From contig CALCEL010000027.1 in the NCBI GenBank assembly GCA_937900485.1, positions 2,466 through 66,465 on the forward strand: 64,000 nucleotides of DNA, read 5' to 3'. The stretch is from an uncultured Prevotellaceae bacterium (GTDB lineage: Bacteria > Bacteroidota > Bacteroidia > Bacteroidales > Bacteroidaceae). A model generated the notes under the pieces. That model worked only from the letters and a program-made list of their open reading frames with translations. It had not been told where the DNA came from and did no database searches. A program made the position numbers and the translations under genes. Positions 40,184-50,513 of the stretch are shown here, in pieces; position 1 is the first letter of the stretch, and each line of letters begins with the position of its first letter.

Positions 40184-42100
40184 TTGAAAACATTTGAAGA
40201 ATTGGGCGTCTCTGGCGAGATACTCAAAGCGATTACAGAGATGGGGTACGAGAACCCTATGCCTGTTCAAGAGGAAGTGATTCCTTATCTGCTTGGTAAT
40301 AATAATGATGTGGTTGCGCTTGCCCAGACTGGTACTGGAAAGACTGCAGCCTATGGTCTGCCTGTGTTACAGAAGGTGGATACAACAAATAACGATGTAC
40401 AAGCTCTTATTTTATCGCCTACGCGTGAGTTATGTCTTCAAATCGCCGATGATTTGAAGGAATATTCAAAATATATTGATGGTCTCCATGTGCTTGCCGT
40501 GTATGGAGGTGCAAGTATTGAGACTCAAATCAGACAACTGAAACGTGGTGTGCAAGTGATAGTGGCTACTCCAGGTCGACTCGTGGACCTTATGGACCGT
40601 GGAGTGGCTAAGCTCCAGAATGTTCGTAACGTCGTGCTCGATGAGGCTGACGAGATGCTGAATATGGGATTCACCGACAGCATCGACGCTATTTTCGAAG
40701 GCGTGCCTGAAGATCGTAATACGTTGCTGTTCTCTGCTACCATGAGTAAGGAGATTGAGCGAATAAGCAAGAATTACCTTCATGATGCTAAGGAGATTGT
40801 AGTGGGTAGTAGAAATGAGGGAGCTGAGAAGGTCAATCATATCTATTACCTCGTCCATGCAAAGGACAAGTACAACGCATTGAAACGCGTGGCTGACTAT
40901 TATCCTGAGATTTACGCCATCATTTTTTGCCGTACAAGAATGGAGACTCAGGAGATAGCGGATAAACTGATTCAGGATGGATACAATGCAGAGTCTCTCC
41001 ATGGTGAGTTGTCGCAGGCACAGCGTGACCTTACTATGCAGAAATTCAGACAGCATAGAGTACAGCTGCTGGTGGCAACGGACGTGGCAGCACGTGGCTT
41101 GGACGTGGATAACCTCACTCATGTGATTAACTACGGATTGCCTGACGATATTGAGAGTTATACGCACCGAAGCGGTAGAACAGGACGAGCAGGTAAGGCC
41201 GGAACAAGTATCTGTATTATTCACTTACGTGAGAAGTCTAAGGTGAAGGCTATAGAAAAGCAGATACAGAAGAAGTTTATTCCGGGTGTTTTGCCTACGG
41301 GACAGGAGATTTGCGCAAAGCAGTTGTATAAGGTGATTGACGACATCGAGAAAGTCGAAATAGACGAGGATGAGATAGCTCCGTTCCTCCCTGAGGTATA
41401 TCGTAAGTTCGATCTCATGGAGAAGGAAGACCTCATCAAACGTATGGTGTCAATGGAATTCAATAAGTTCCTCAATTACTATAAGAATGCTCCTGAGATT
41501 CTCGAGCCTACAGAAAAGGGCGCAAGGAAAGGTGACAGTGAGCGAAAAGGTAAAAGAGGTGAGAGGGGATCTCGAACGGCTGAGTCTGGATACGCAAGAC
41601 TGTTCGTTAATCTTGGAAAGAAAGATGGTATCAACCCTCGCTCGTTCATGGGATTTGTCAATCGTGTCACCAAAGGTGCGAAGATTGAGCTCGGACGTAT
41701 TGACTTGATGAATAACTTCTCTTTCTTCGAGGTACCGGAGAATCAGGCTCAGATGGCTATCTCACTTATAGCTGGCTCAGATTATGACGGACGTAAGGTT
41801 AATGTGGAGCTTACGGAGGACAATGGCGGTGCCAAATCTCATGGGGCGAAGGCAAAGAGGGGAGGTGGCGATGGTCATGATTCGAAGTCTGGTAAGGATA
41901 GAAAGAAAGGTAGACGTGACAACGACTTCGCCGGACGTGATAGGTCTGCCAAAAAATCCGGTAAGCCAAGTAGAGAGGAAAGAGGATATACCTCAAAGCG
42001 TGGTCCTAAGGGTGCTGCTGAGTGGGCAAAGTATTTTGAGGGACAGGTGGAGAACCAACCGTTCTACAAAGGATTTCAAAGAAAAGAACGAAATAAGTGA
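40184..42100 (+). CDS. deaD: DEAD-box ATP-dependent RNA helicase (DeaD/CsdA-like) with DbpA-type RNA-binding domain and basic G/K/R-rich tail
   Basis: F.ELG Q-motif region, AQTGTGKT, DEAD (VLDEADEML), SAT and HRSGRTGRAG. TTG start at 40184, with no in-frame ATG before the conserved N-terminus. Confidence 0.9.
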   Translation: MKTFEELGVSGEILKAITEMGYENPMPVQEEVIPYLLGNNNDVVALAQTGTGKTAAYGLPVLQKVDTTNNDVQALILSPTRELCLQIADDLKEYSKYIDGLHVLAVYGGASIETQIRQLKRGVQVIVATPGRLVDLMDRGVAKLQNVRNVVLDEADEMLNMGFTDSIDAIFEGVPEDRNTLLFSATMSKEIERISKNYLHDAKEIVVGSRNEGAEKVNHIYYLVHAKDKYNALKRVADYYPEIYAIIFCRTRMETQEIADKLIQDGYNAESLHGELSQAQRDLTMQKFRQHRVQLLVATDVAARGLDVDNLTHVINYGLPDDIESYTHRSGRTGRAGKAGTSICIIHLREKSKVKAIEKQIQKKFIPGVLPTGQEICAKQLYKVIDDIEKVEIDEDEIAPFLPEVYRKFDLMEKEDLIKRMVSMEFNKFLNYYKNAPEILEPTEKGARKGDSERKGKRGERGSRTAESGYARLFVNLGKKDGINPRSFMGFVNRVTKGAKIELGRIDLMNNFSFFEVPENQAQMAISLIAGSDYDGRKVNVELTEDNGGAKSHGAKAKRGGGDGHDSKSGKDRKKGRRDNDFAGRDRSAKKSGKPSREERGYTSKRGPKGAAEWAKYFEGQVENQPFYKGFQRKERNK

Positions 42101-43095
42101 TGGATATGTGTAGTCCTGTGGCGATATTTGTGTATAACCGTGTGGACAACACGAAAACAACAATTCAGTCTCTTCTTGCGAATACTCTCGCAAGGGAGAC
42201 TGATGTTTTTGTGTTCTCTGACGGTGTGAAGGTAAATAAGGACGGACTGGCAGACGAGAATTCTAAACGAGGAGTCGATGAGGTCAGAACTTACCTGAGA
42301 CAGTTGTCAGAGGACTTGAGACGCAATGGAGGATTCAAAAGTCTTACACTGATAGAACGTGAACGTAACATTTATCTTGAGGAGAATATTCTCACAGGAA
42401 TAGACTATGTGTTCGAAAGCTATGATACGGTGATTGTGCTGGAGGATGATATATCTACATCACCCTATTTCCTGCAATATATGAACGATGCTTTCAAACT
42501 GTATCAGGATGAGAATAGGGTCATGCACGTGTCAGGTTTCACAAATCTCGATTTGTGGGAGTCATGTGAGGAGTATAATGGACGAGATTTCTATTTCACC
42601 CCGCATATGTCTGGATGGGGATGGGGAACATGGAAAAACCGTTGGGAACGTTTCTTCCGACATTATTCCACCCGTGAGGAGGCTTTGGCATATATGTCTG
42701 ATGACGACTTGAGAGCCTTCGAGTATGGAGGAGCTTTCCCGTGCCTGAAAAGTCTGGACAAGAAACCTATTCCATGGGATATTTGTTGGGAATTGGCTAT
42801 ATATAAGGAAGGTGGGCTTTGCTTGACTCCGAGTCACACGATGGTGAGGAATACGGGGCTGAGAAACGGAACACATTTCCGTTCATTTAATATCTTGCAA
42901 AAGTTTGAGTATGACCGTGTTCCATCTACTCGTCCGGTAAATGTGGAAAAGGTCGACAACCCGGAGAAAGACCCGTTGATAGAGGAGCGATTCGCCGTCG
43001 CTATCAAGGATTGGGGAATCCGGTATACCTTGTTGGGCAAAATCATCCGTTTCTTCTATAAGAAATTAAAAGTGTTAGCTATAGTGAGAGTGTGA
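42097..43095 (+). CDS. Putative GT-A-fold glycosyltransferase (GNT-I/GT13-like)
   Basis: VAIFVYNR...FSDG N-terminal block and VLEDDISTSPYFLQY (an EDD metal-binding-type motif). The start overlaps the helicase stop. Confidence 0.5.
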   Translation: MMDMCSPVAIFVYNRVDNTKTTIQSLLANTLARETDVFVFSDGVKVNKDGLADENSKRGVDEVRTYLRQLSEDLRRNGGFKSLTLIERERNIYLEENILTGIDYVFESYDTVIVLEDDISTSPYFLQYMNDAFKLYQDENRVMHVSGFTNLDLWESCEEYNGRDFYFTPHMSGWGWGTWKNRWERFFRHYSTREEALAYMSDDDLRAFEYGGAFPCLKSLDKKPIPWDICWELAIYKEGGLCLTPSHTMVRNTGLRNGTHFRSFNILQKFEYDRVPSTRPVNVEKVDNPEKDPLIEERFAVAIKDWGIRYTLLGKIIRFFYKKLKVLAIVRV

Positions 43096-43242
43096 GTAGT
43101 ATGTACTTACACCTTTTTTTCTTTTGCCTTGTTCCTTTTCCCCTCACATCTAATAGCCGTGCGTACCTTACAAGTTGATTTGTCCGATGCTGTGAAAAAT
43201 CTCTAAATAATAAGGTTACAGTAACTTTTGTTTTCAAATGCA

Positions 43243-43272
43243 TTTGTAAACAAAATAAATTCTGTATCTTTG
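43243..43272 (+). promoter_or_regulatory. Candidate promoter of aroQ
   Basis: TTTG at 43243-43246, an 18-nt gap, then TAtcTTTG at 43265-43272, about 20 nt upstream of the start. Confidence 0.4.
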
Positions 43273-43291
43273 TCTGCAAAAATAGAACGTG

Positions 43292-43723
43292 ATGACAAAG
43301 GCGAAGATACTGATATTAAACGGACCTAATCTCAATCTTTTGGGAAAACGCGAGCCTGAGATTTATGGCGCTGAGACTTTTCTTGATTATTACGCTAAGC
43401 TTGTGGAGATGTATCCGGATGTGGAGTTCGATTATTATCAGTCAAACATCGAAGGTGAGTTGATTAACAAGATACATGAGGTTGGCTTTTCGTGGGACGG
43501 AATCGTTTTTAACGCAGGTGCTTACACGCACACCTCTGTTGCCCTGCAGGATGCTATAAGAGGTGTGACCACGCCTGTCATTGAGGTGCATATCTCAAAT
43601 GTGCACAAACGTGAGGAGTTCAGACATAAGTCAATGATATCATGTGCGTGTCTCGGCGTTATTTGCGGTTTCGGACTTGACAGTTATCGTTTGGCTGTGG
43701 AGGCGTTGTTGAATAGGAGGTGA
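43292..43723 (+). CDS. aroQ: Type II 3-dehydroquinate dehydratase
   Basis: ILILNGPNLNLLGKREPEIYG, NAGAYTHTS and IEVHISN motifs. Confidence 0.9.
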   Translation: MTKAKILILNGPNLNLLGKREPEIYGAETFLDYYAKLVEMYPDVEFDYYQSNIEGELINKIHEVGFSWDGIVFNAGAYTHTSVALQDAIRGVTTPVIEVHISNVHKREEFRHKSMISCACLGVICGFGLDSYRLAVEALLNRR

Positions 43724-43755
43724 TGATGTGGAATGTTTACTGTAGGTTTTGAAAA

Positions 43756-44433
43756 ATGAAAAACTCAAATATTTCTCTTATATCAGAGTTTTCTGACGAG
43801 GTTACTCGTATCGAGGATTATATCAGAGAACACATAGATGCTGAGGGAGAGTATCTTCATAAGCTTTACCGGGCGACACATCTCCATCTGCTGTATCCAA
43901 GGATGGCCAGCGGACATATACAGGGTAGGCTGCTTAAAATGTTTGTGAGGATGATTCAACCGAGACAGGTCTTGGAAATTGGTACGTACAGCGGATATTC
44001 TGGATTGTGTATTGCTGAAGGACTTGGAGATGAGGGACATCTGCATACTATAGAGATAAATGAGGAACAGGAGGATTTCACTCTGCCTTGGTTAAAAAAC
44101 TCAGACTACGCTGACAAGATAACGATGCATATCGGTGACGCTTTGAAGATTATACCTGAGTTGAACATCACATTCGATATGGCATTTATTGATGGAGACA
44201 AGAGAATGTATCCGGAGTATTATGAAATGGTGCTTAGATATCTGTCAAACGGAGGCTATATGTTTGTGGATAACACGCTGTGGGATGGACATGTGTTGGA
44301 CGAAAACCCAAGGGAAAGCGACTTGCAGACTAAAGGAGTCAAGGCTTTCAATGACTTGGTGGCGTCGGACGACAGAGTGGAGAAGGTGATCTTGCCGGTA
44401 CGTGATGGCTTGACCATTATAAGGAAAAAGTGA
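43756..44433 (+). CDS. Class I SAM-dependent O-methyltransferase (caffeoyl-CoA OMT-like)
   Basis: VLEIGTYSGYS SAM-binding motif, FIDGDK, and the YL..GG....DN.LW pattern of the Methyltransf_3 family. Confidence 0.75.
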   Translation: MKNSNISLISEFSDEVTRIEDYIREHIDAEGEYLHKLYRATHLHLLYPRMASGHIQGRLLKMFVRMIQPRQVLEIGTYSGYSGLCIAEGLGDEGHLHTIEINEEQEDFTLPWLKNSDYADKITMHIGDALKIIPELNITFDMAFIDGDKRMYPEYYEMVLRYLSNGGYMFVDNTLWDGHVLDENPRESDLQTKGVKAFNDLVASDDRVEKVILPVRDGLTIIRKK

Positions 44434-44466
44434 AACAATAATTTTAACGTTTAAGTATTAAGAGAT

Positions 44467-44832
44467 TTGGAGACAACAAGACAAAATAAAATAGCCAGGT
44501 TGATTCAGAAAGATCTGAGCAATATTTTTCAGGAGCAGACACGACAGACACGTGGCATATTGGTCAGTGTGAGTGTTGTCCGTGTTAGTCCAGACTTGAG
44601 TGTGGCACGAGCATATCTGAGCATTTTCCCAAGTGAGAAGGCGAATGAGATATTAGATAACATAAATGCTCACACATCAGAGATAAGATATAAACTCGGT
44701 ACGTTGGAGCGTCATCAGTTACGTATAATACCAGAATTGAAGTTCTTTATTGATGACTCGTTGGATTACGTCGACAATATTGACCGTTTGTTGGGAAAGG
44801 GTAATGTGTCTGGTAAGACAAATGAGGAGTAA
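44467..44832 (+). CDS. rbfA: Ribosome-binding factor A
   Basis: 121 aa with an RbfA-like N-terminus (TRQNKIARLIQKDLS) and VRVSPDLSVARAYLS. TTG start. Confidence 0.8.
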   Translation: METTRQNKIARLIQKDLSNIFQEQTRQTRGILVSVSVVRVSPDLSVARAYLSIFPSEKANEILDNINAHTSEIRYKLGTLERHQLRIIPELKFFIDDSLDYVDNIDRLLGKGNVSGKTNEE

Positions 44833-44863
44833 TGATTGGTTTTAACGACGCGTGGCCTAAGTT

Positions 44864-46096
44864 ATGTTTCCGTACTTTATAGCAAAGAGATATCTTTTCT
44901 CAAAGAAGTCGCATCATGCCATAAATATCATTTCAGGCGTGGCGGTTTGCGGAATAGCTATAGCAACGGCTGCGTTGATATGTATCCTGTCTGTTTTCAA
45001 CGGATTTCAGGATATGGTGGCAGGTCTTTTCACGTCGTTCGATCCGGAACTGAAAGTCGTTTCTGCACAGAGTAAATACATGGCAGCTGACGAGAAGGAA
45101 CTTGAGGCTCTTAAGCAGTTGGAAATCATTGATGTTTACTCTGAGACAATAGAGGATAATGCCTTGGTCGTGGTGAACAACAGACAGAGGATGGTGACTG
45201 TGAAAGGAGTCTCTGACAACTTTACGGAACTTAGCTCCATTAATGACTTGCTGTTGGGAGACGGTGTGTTTGAGTTGAGTGCTGACGTGATAGATTATGG
45301 CATTTTCGGTAGCTCACTCTTGACACAGTTGGGTGTTAGGGCTGATGTGAACGCTCCGTTTGAGTTATATGCGCCACGGAAAGGTGAGAAGCTGGATATA
45401 ACAAATCCGCTGGAGAACCTGAACAACGAGCAGATATTCTCACCTAAGGTCTCTTTCATGGTGAAGCAGAGCAAGTATGATGGTAATTACGTTATCACAT
45501 CATTGCCGTTGGCCAGGAGACTGTTTGATAGGCAGGGGTATGTGACAGCTGTTGAGTTGAAAGTCTCTGAAAACGTGAGTGTCAGTGAGGCTAAGAGCAA
45601 GATAGAAAAGCTGATAGGCGATAAGTATAAGGTACTTGACAGATATGAGCAGCAAGAAGATACTTTTAAGGTTATGAAGATAGAGAAACTGATTTCCTAT
45701 ATTTTTCTGACATTCATATTGCTGATCGCCTGTTTCAATATCATCGGTTCTTTGACAATGTTAATCATTGATAAGAAGAATGATATATATACCTTGCGAT
45801 GTCTTGGGGCCACTGAAAGACAGTTGGAGAGTATCTTTCTGTTGGAGGGTAGGATTGTAGCTCTTGTTGGTGCCGTGGCAGGTATCGTGTTGGGCGTAAC
45901 CCTTTGTCTACTTCAGCTACAGTTTGGGTTGATACGATTTGGTAACGGTGATGGCGCATATATCATTGACACGTATCCTGTCAGCATAAAGATAACTGAC
46001 ATCGTTTTGGTCTTTGTTACAGTGTTGTCCGTTGGATTCTTATCCATTTGGTACCCGTGCGTGAGGGCAGTTAAAGGATTAAAGAAAGAAAAGTGA
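44864..46096 (+). CDS. FtsX/LolE-family ABC transporter permease
   Basis: N-terminal IAKRYLFSKK motif, a large periplasmic loop and a C-terminal FtsX 3-TM domain. Confidence 0.8.
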   Translation: MFPYFIAKRYLFSKKSHHAINIISGVAVCGIAIATAALICILSVFNGFQDMVAGLFTSFDPELKVVSAQSKYMAADEKELEALKQLEIIDVYSETIEDNALVVVNNRQRMVTVKGVSDNFTELSSINDLLLGDGVFELSADVIDYGIFGSSLLTQLGVRADVNAPFELYAPRKGEKLDITNPLENLNNEQIFSPKVSFMVKQSKYDGNYVITSLPLARRLFDRQGYVTAVELKVSENVSVSEAKSKIEKLIGDKYKVLDRYEQQEDTFKVMKIEKLISYIFLTFILLIACFNIIGSLTMLIIDKKNDIYTLRCLGATERQLESIFLLEGRIVALVGAVAGIVLGVTLCLLQLQFGLIRFGNGDGAYIIDTYPVSIKITDIVLVFVTVLSVGFLSIWYPCVRAVKGLKKEK

Positions 46097-46136
46097 ATAA
46101 TACATATTTTTAAGTACTTAAATTAATTTATTAAAA

Positions 46137-47834
46137 ATGAAAAAGAATGTTTATGTTTTAGTTCCAGCCGCTGCGGCAGTTCTGCTGTCAGGCTGTAGCA
46201 AATTCGGAAACTTCACTTCAGACATGTTCAATGTCACTCCTACTCCACTGGAGTATGTAGGTGGTGAGGTTCCAGCGACAATCAGTGCTAACATACCTTC
46301 TAAGGTGTTCCCTAAGAAAGGCATTGTCACTTGTACTCCTGTACTCCGTTACAATGGTGGTGAGTCTACAGGTGAGGGTAAGACTTTCCAGGGCGAGAAG
46401 ATTCAGGGTAACAACACTGTTATCTCTTACAAGAATGGCGGCGCTTCAACAATGAAGCTCTCCTTCCCATGGGCTGACGGCATGGAGTCTTCAGAGCTTT
46501 ACATGACATTTGCCGCTACAAAGAGTGGTAAGTCTGTTGAGCTTGACGATGTTAAGATTGACTGGGGTGTACAGTGCACTGCTACTCTTTTGAAGGAGAC
46601 TGTTAAGTCTGGTACTACAGGTCAGGCTGCTGACAATTTCCAGCGTATCATTGCTCAGAAGCAGGAGGCACAGATTAAGTTCCTCATTGGTCAGGCTAAT
46701 CTTCGTGGCAGCGAGTTGAACAGCTCTAACGTTAAGGAGTTCATCAACAAGCTCAAGACTATAAAGGGTGATGAGAAGGGACTTAAGCTCAACAACGTTG
46801 AGATCAGTTCATACGCTTCTCCAGATGGTGCTTATGATTTGAATGAGAATCTTGCAAACAACCGTGGTAAGAACTCTGAGTCTTATGTAAACAAGGAACT
46901 CAAGAAGCAGAAGCTTTCAGGCGATGTTGACACAAAGTACACAGCTGAGGACTGGGATGGTTTCAAGGAACTCGTACAGCAGTCTAACCTCCAGGATAAG
47001 GATGTTGTTCTCCGTGTTCTTTCTATGTATTCTGATCCAGAGCAGCGTGAGCAGGAGATTAAGAATATCTCATCTGTTTACAAGGAGCTTGCTGACGCCA
47101 TCCTCCCAGAGTTGCGTCGTTCAAGACTTACTATCAACTATGACGTTATCGGTCGTAGCGATGATGAGATTCTTGCTCAGTACAGTGAGGATGCAAGCAA
47201 GTTGAGCGTTGAGGAGCTTCTTTACGCAGCTAACAAGTTGACTACTGACAATGCGAAGAAAGAGGCTATCTTGAAGAAGACAACAGAGCTTTATCCAAAG
47301 GATTACCGCGCATACAACAACCTTGGTGAGTTGTCATACAAGGCTGGTGATAACACTGCTGCCACTAACTATTTCAAGAAGGCTCTCTCTCTCAACTCTA
47401 AGGCTGCTGAGCCAAATGTGAACCTCGGTCTTATCGCTCTTCAGAACGGTGACACTAAGTCTGCTGAGTCCTACATCGCTAAGGGTACTGCAGCAAACAA
47501 CTATGATGAGGCTCTCGGTGAACTTTACATCGCTCAGGGTAAGTACAGCCAGGCAACAGCTAAGCTTTCTAACTCTTACACTAACAGCGCAGCTCTTGCT
47601 TCTATCATGAACAAGGACTATGCTAAGGCTAAGGTTATTCTTAACAGCATCAAGCAGCCAGACGCAACAACTTACTATCTCTCAGCTGTTCTCGCTGCAC
47701 GTACTAACTCTAAGTCTGACTTGACTTCTAACCTCAAGAAGGCTGTATCTCTTAACAGCGCTTACGCTAAGAAGGCAGCTACAGATGCTGAGTTCAATAA
47801 GTATGCTTCAGAAATAGCAAGTATCATTAAGTAA
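46137..47834 (+). CDS. Hypothetical lipoprotein with an OmpA-like segment and C-terminal TPR repeats
   Basis: Lipobox LSGC. The central ASPDG....N..LA..R motif resembles an OmpA C-terminal-like domain. TPR-like repeats fill the last ~200 aa. Confidence 0.6.
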   Translation: MKKNVYVLVPAAAAVLLSGCSKFGNFTSDMFNVTPTPLEYVGGEVPATISANIPSKVFPKKGIVTCTPVLRYNGGESTGEGKTFQGEKIQGNNTVISYKNGGASTMKLSFPWADGMESSELYMTFAATKSGKSVELDDVKIDWGVQCTATLLKETVKSGTTGQAADNFQRIIAQKQEAQIKFLIGQANLRGSELNSSNVKEFINKLKTIKGDEKGLKLNNVEISSYASPDGAYDLNENLANNRGKNSESYVNKELKKQKLSGDVDTKYTAEDWDGFKELVQQSNLQDKDVVLRVLSMYSDPEQREQEIKNISSVYKELADAILPELRRSRLTINYDVIGRSDDEILAQYSEDASKLSVEELLYAANKLTTDNAKKEAILKKTTELYPKDYRAYNNLGELSYKAGDNTAATNYFKKALSLNSKAAEPNVNLGLIALQNGDTKSAESYIAKGTAANNYDEALGELYIAQGKYSQATAKLSNSYTNSAALASIMNKDYAKAKVILNSIKQPDATTYYLSAVLAARTNSKSDLTSNLKKAVSLNSAYAKKAATDAEFNKYASEIASIIK

Positions 47835-47840
47835 TTATAA

Positions 47841-48872
47841 ATGAGGAAATTTATTTCTTTCATTGTTGCTTTACCGCTGGTAACCACACTCCTTACGGGA
47901 TGTGGTTCCGGCGGTTCTGCTTTTAGCATTGAGGGATCATTTGACAATATTCAGGGTGGTGAGTTGTACATCTTCAACTTATCAGATGACTTCGGTGGTT
48001 TAGATACCGTGAAAATTACGGAAGGTACGTTCACGTACTCCGCTGAGGCTGGTGAGGAAGTCACTCCGTATGTCCTTGTGTTTCCAAATGCGATAGAGCA
48101 GGTCATATTCGCCTCCGCTGGACAGACGATAAAGTACAAGGTGGAGGGTAGTGATCTTCGTAACTACGTCGTCACAGGTAGTGACGAGAATGAGCTGTTG
48201 AGTGATTTCAGAAAGTCAGTGGCCTCGTTAGAGGGTGAGAAGTTAAAAGAAAAAGCAGAGAAATTCATAAAAGAGAATAAATCCTCCATCGTCTCAGTTT
48301 ACCTGTTCGACAGATACTTTGTCCAGTCGAAGTCATTTGAAAGCGATAAACTGAATACCTTATTGGCGATAATCAAAAAAGCACAACCGAACAATCAGTA
48401 CCTGATGAATGTAGAGAGCAAGATAAAGCTCTATAAGAAGTCCAATGTTGGATGTATCCTTCATGACGTTCAGATGGTGACAAAGAGTAAGGACTCCACG
48501 TATCTTTGGAGAGAAAAGAAAGAAAAAAATACTGTTGTCCTCTTTTGGGCTTCATGGTCATCCGCAAGTATTGATATGCTTTGGAAGATGCGTAACTTCA
48601 GCAAAGAACATAGAGATAGTATATCCGCAAGGTTTGTAGGATTCTCATTAGATACGGAATATTTCACGTTTGAGTCTCTGACACGGACAGATTCAATATA
48701 CAATGTAGAGCAATATTGTGATGGACAGTCCTTCGAGTCAGATGTGGTGAAACAATTCGGAATACCGTCGTTACCTTATTATGTTATTACGGATAAGAAA
48801 CACAAGGTGATGAGTCATGGTACGGAGATTAAGCAGTTAGAAAAAGACATGAAGAAATATCTTAAGAGATAA
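47841..48872 (+). CDS. TlpA/thioredoxin-fold lipoprotein with an N-terminal DUF4369-like domain; CxxC cysteines absent
   Basis: Lipobox LTGC. VVLFWASWSSAS aligns to the FWA.WC.PC active-site motif, with both Cys replaced by Ser. Confidence 0.6.
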   Translation: MRKFISFIVALPLVTTLLTGCGSGGSAFSIEGSFDNIQGGELYIFNLSDDFGGLDTVKITEGTFTYSAEAGEEVTPYVLVFPNAIEQVIFASAGQTIKYKVEGSDLRNYVVTGSDENELLSDFRKSVASLEGEKLKEKAEKFIKENKSSIVSVYLFDRYFVQSKSFESDKLNTLLAIIKKAQPNNQYLMNVESKIKLYKKSNVGCILHDVQMVTKSKDSTYLWREKKEKNTVVLFWASWSSASIDMLWKMRNFSKEHRDSISARFVGFSLDTEYFTFESLTRTDSIYNVEQYCDGQSFESDVVKQFGIPSLPYYVITDKKHKVMSHGTEIKQLEKDMKKYLKR

Positions 48873-48911
48873 CTGCTGTCCTTGATTATAATTAATTAAC
48901 CGATTCTTTTT

Positions 48912-50471
48912 ATGTTAACGAAAATCTTCTCAGCCACGTTACGTGGTTTGGACGCTTTGCCTGTTATTATTGAGGCTGACTCATATTCCACATCATCTCC
49001 TCAAGTGAGGTTTTCTATTGTGGGGTTGCCCGACAATGCTGTAAAGGAGAGTCAGGAACGTATCCTGTCCTCTTTGCGTTTTTATGGCTATAAACATCCA
49101 GTGAAAAATGTCGTTGTCAATTTAGCCCCAGCAGATATCCGGAAAGAAGGCTCAGGCTTCGATTTGCCTATAGCCATATCTCTCCTGTCCGCTTATGACA
49201 TATTGAATTTTCATGATTTGGACCACTGCATGTTTATTGGCGAGTTAGGTCTTGACGGTAGCATTTTACCAGTCAAGGGCGCCCTACCTATATCCATCAA
49301 GGCCCGTGAGTTAGGCTTTGACAGTCTTTTTGTTCCGAAAGACAATGTCAAGGAGGCTGCTGTCGTCAACAAGCTGAAAGTGTATGGTGTCTCAAACCTT
49401 CAGGAGGTTATCTATCATCTTATGGGGCAAGTGGTGTTGGAACCGGAATTCGTTGACACACGCAAAGAGTTTTACGAGAGTCAATGTGATTATGACATCG
49501 ATTTTGAGGACGTTAAAGGTCAGGAAAATGTGAAACGTGCCTTTGAGGTAGCTGCAGCCGGTGGACATAACATTATATTAGTGGGTAGTCCGGGCTGTGG
49601 TAAGTCTATGATGGCTAAGCGCATTCCCACCATCCTTCCTCCATTATCTCTTAGTGAGAGTCTTGAGACCACACAAATACATAGCGTGGCGGGAAGGATG
49701 AAAAAAGACTCGTCGCTGATATCTCAGCGTCCTTTCAGGTCACCTCATCACACGATATCTGTCGTGGCTCTTGTGGGAGGTGGACAGAATCCCCAACCAG
49801 GAGAAGTGAGTCTGGCACATAACGGAGTGTTATTTCTTGATGAGATGCCGGAGCTGAGCCGTAGTGTCCTTGAGGTGTTACGTCAGCCTCTTGAAGATAG
49901 GAAGATAACAATCAGCCGTGTGAAATACAATGTTGAGTATCCCTGTTCCTTTATGTTGGTAGCATCTATGAACCCGTGCCCTTGTGGATATTACGGTGAC
50001 ACTTCTCATCATTGCGTGTGTACTCCTGGACAGATACAGAGATATATGAACAAGATTAGCGGTCCTTTGCTTGACCGTTTCGATATACATTGTGAGATTC
50101 AGGCAGTGCCGTTTGCTCAGCTCTCGCAGATGCAACCGGGAGAGCCAAGTAGAAAGATACGGGAAAGAGTCATCAAGGCGAGACAAATACAGGAGTTGCG
50201 GTTCCGGGAGTTCAAAGGCGTCCATTGTAATGCCCAGATGAACGAACGTATGTTACACAAGTTCGCTGAACCTGATGTCGAGTCACTCTCTATGCTTCGT
50301 ACTGCTATGGATAGACTGAAGCTGTCTGCAAGAGCCTACAGCCGTATATTGAAGGTAGCCAGAACCATCGCTGACTTAGACAGTTCAGAGAACGTCCAGT
50401 CACAGCACATTGCCGAGGCTATTGGTTATCGTAACCTTGATAGAGGTGACTGGGCAGAAAGAGGAATATAA
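48912..50471 (+). CDS. comM: Mg-chelatase-like AAA+ ATPase YifB/ComM
   Basis: 519 aa. Lon-like N-terminal domain, Walker A GSPGCGKSM, Walker B LFLDEMPE, and the Cys cluster CPCGYYGD..H.C.C. Confidence 0.9.
   Translation: MLTKIFSATLRGLDALPVIIEADSYSTSSPQVRFSIVGLPDNAVKESQERILSSLRFYGYKHPVKNVVVNLAPADIRKEGSGFDLPIAISLLSAYDILNFHDLDHCMFIGELGLDGSILPVKGALPISIKARELGFDSLFVPKDNVKEAAVVNKLKVYGVSNLQEVIYHLMGQVVLEPEFVDTRKEFYESQCDYDIDFEDVKGQENVKRAFEVAAAGGHNIILVGSPGCGKSMMAKRIPTILPPLSLSESLETTQIHSVAGRMKKDSSLISQRPFRSPHHTISVVALVGGGQNPQPGEVSLAHNGVLFLDEMPELSRSVLEVLRQPLEDRKITISRVKYNVEYPCSFMLVASMNPCPCGYYGDTSHHCVCTPGQIQRYMNKISGPLLDRFDIHCEIQAVPFAQLSQMQPGEPSRKIRERVIKARQIQELRFREFKGVHCNAQMNERMLHKFAEPDVESLSMLRTAMDRLKLSARAYSRILKVARTIADLDSSENVQSQHIAEAIGYRNLDRGDWAERGI
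50080..50335 (+). repeat. Left copy of the 256-bp perfect direct repeat (inside intact comM)
   Basis: Identical, position by position, to 52933-53188 (offset 2853). Similarity continues in diverged form to the stop codons (50471 and 53324). Confidence 0.95.
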
Positions 50472-50513
50472 ATTTGGTCGTTTAATATAAAATTGTCACT
50501 TTTGCTGCCTATA

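Noticed and set aside
49878-50225. Two minus-strand ORFs with identical N-termini (49878-50225 and 52854-53078, MDAFELPEPQLLYLSRLDD...), which looked like a duplicated small gene.
   Set aside because: They are simply the antisense shadow of the duplicated comM 3' segment. The identity reflects the 256-bp direct repeat, not an independent gene.
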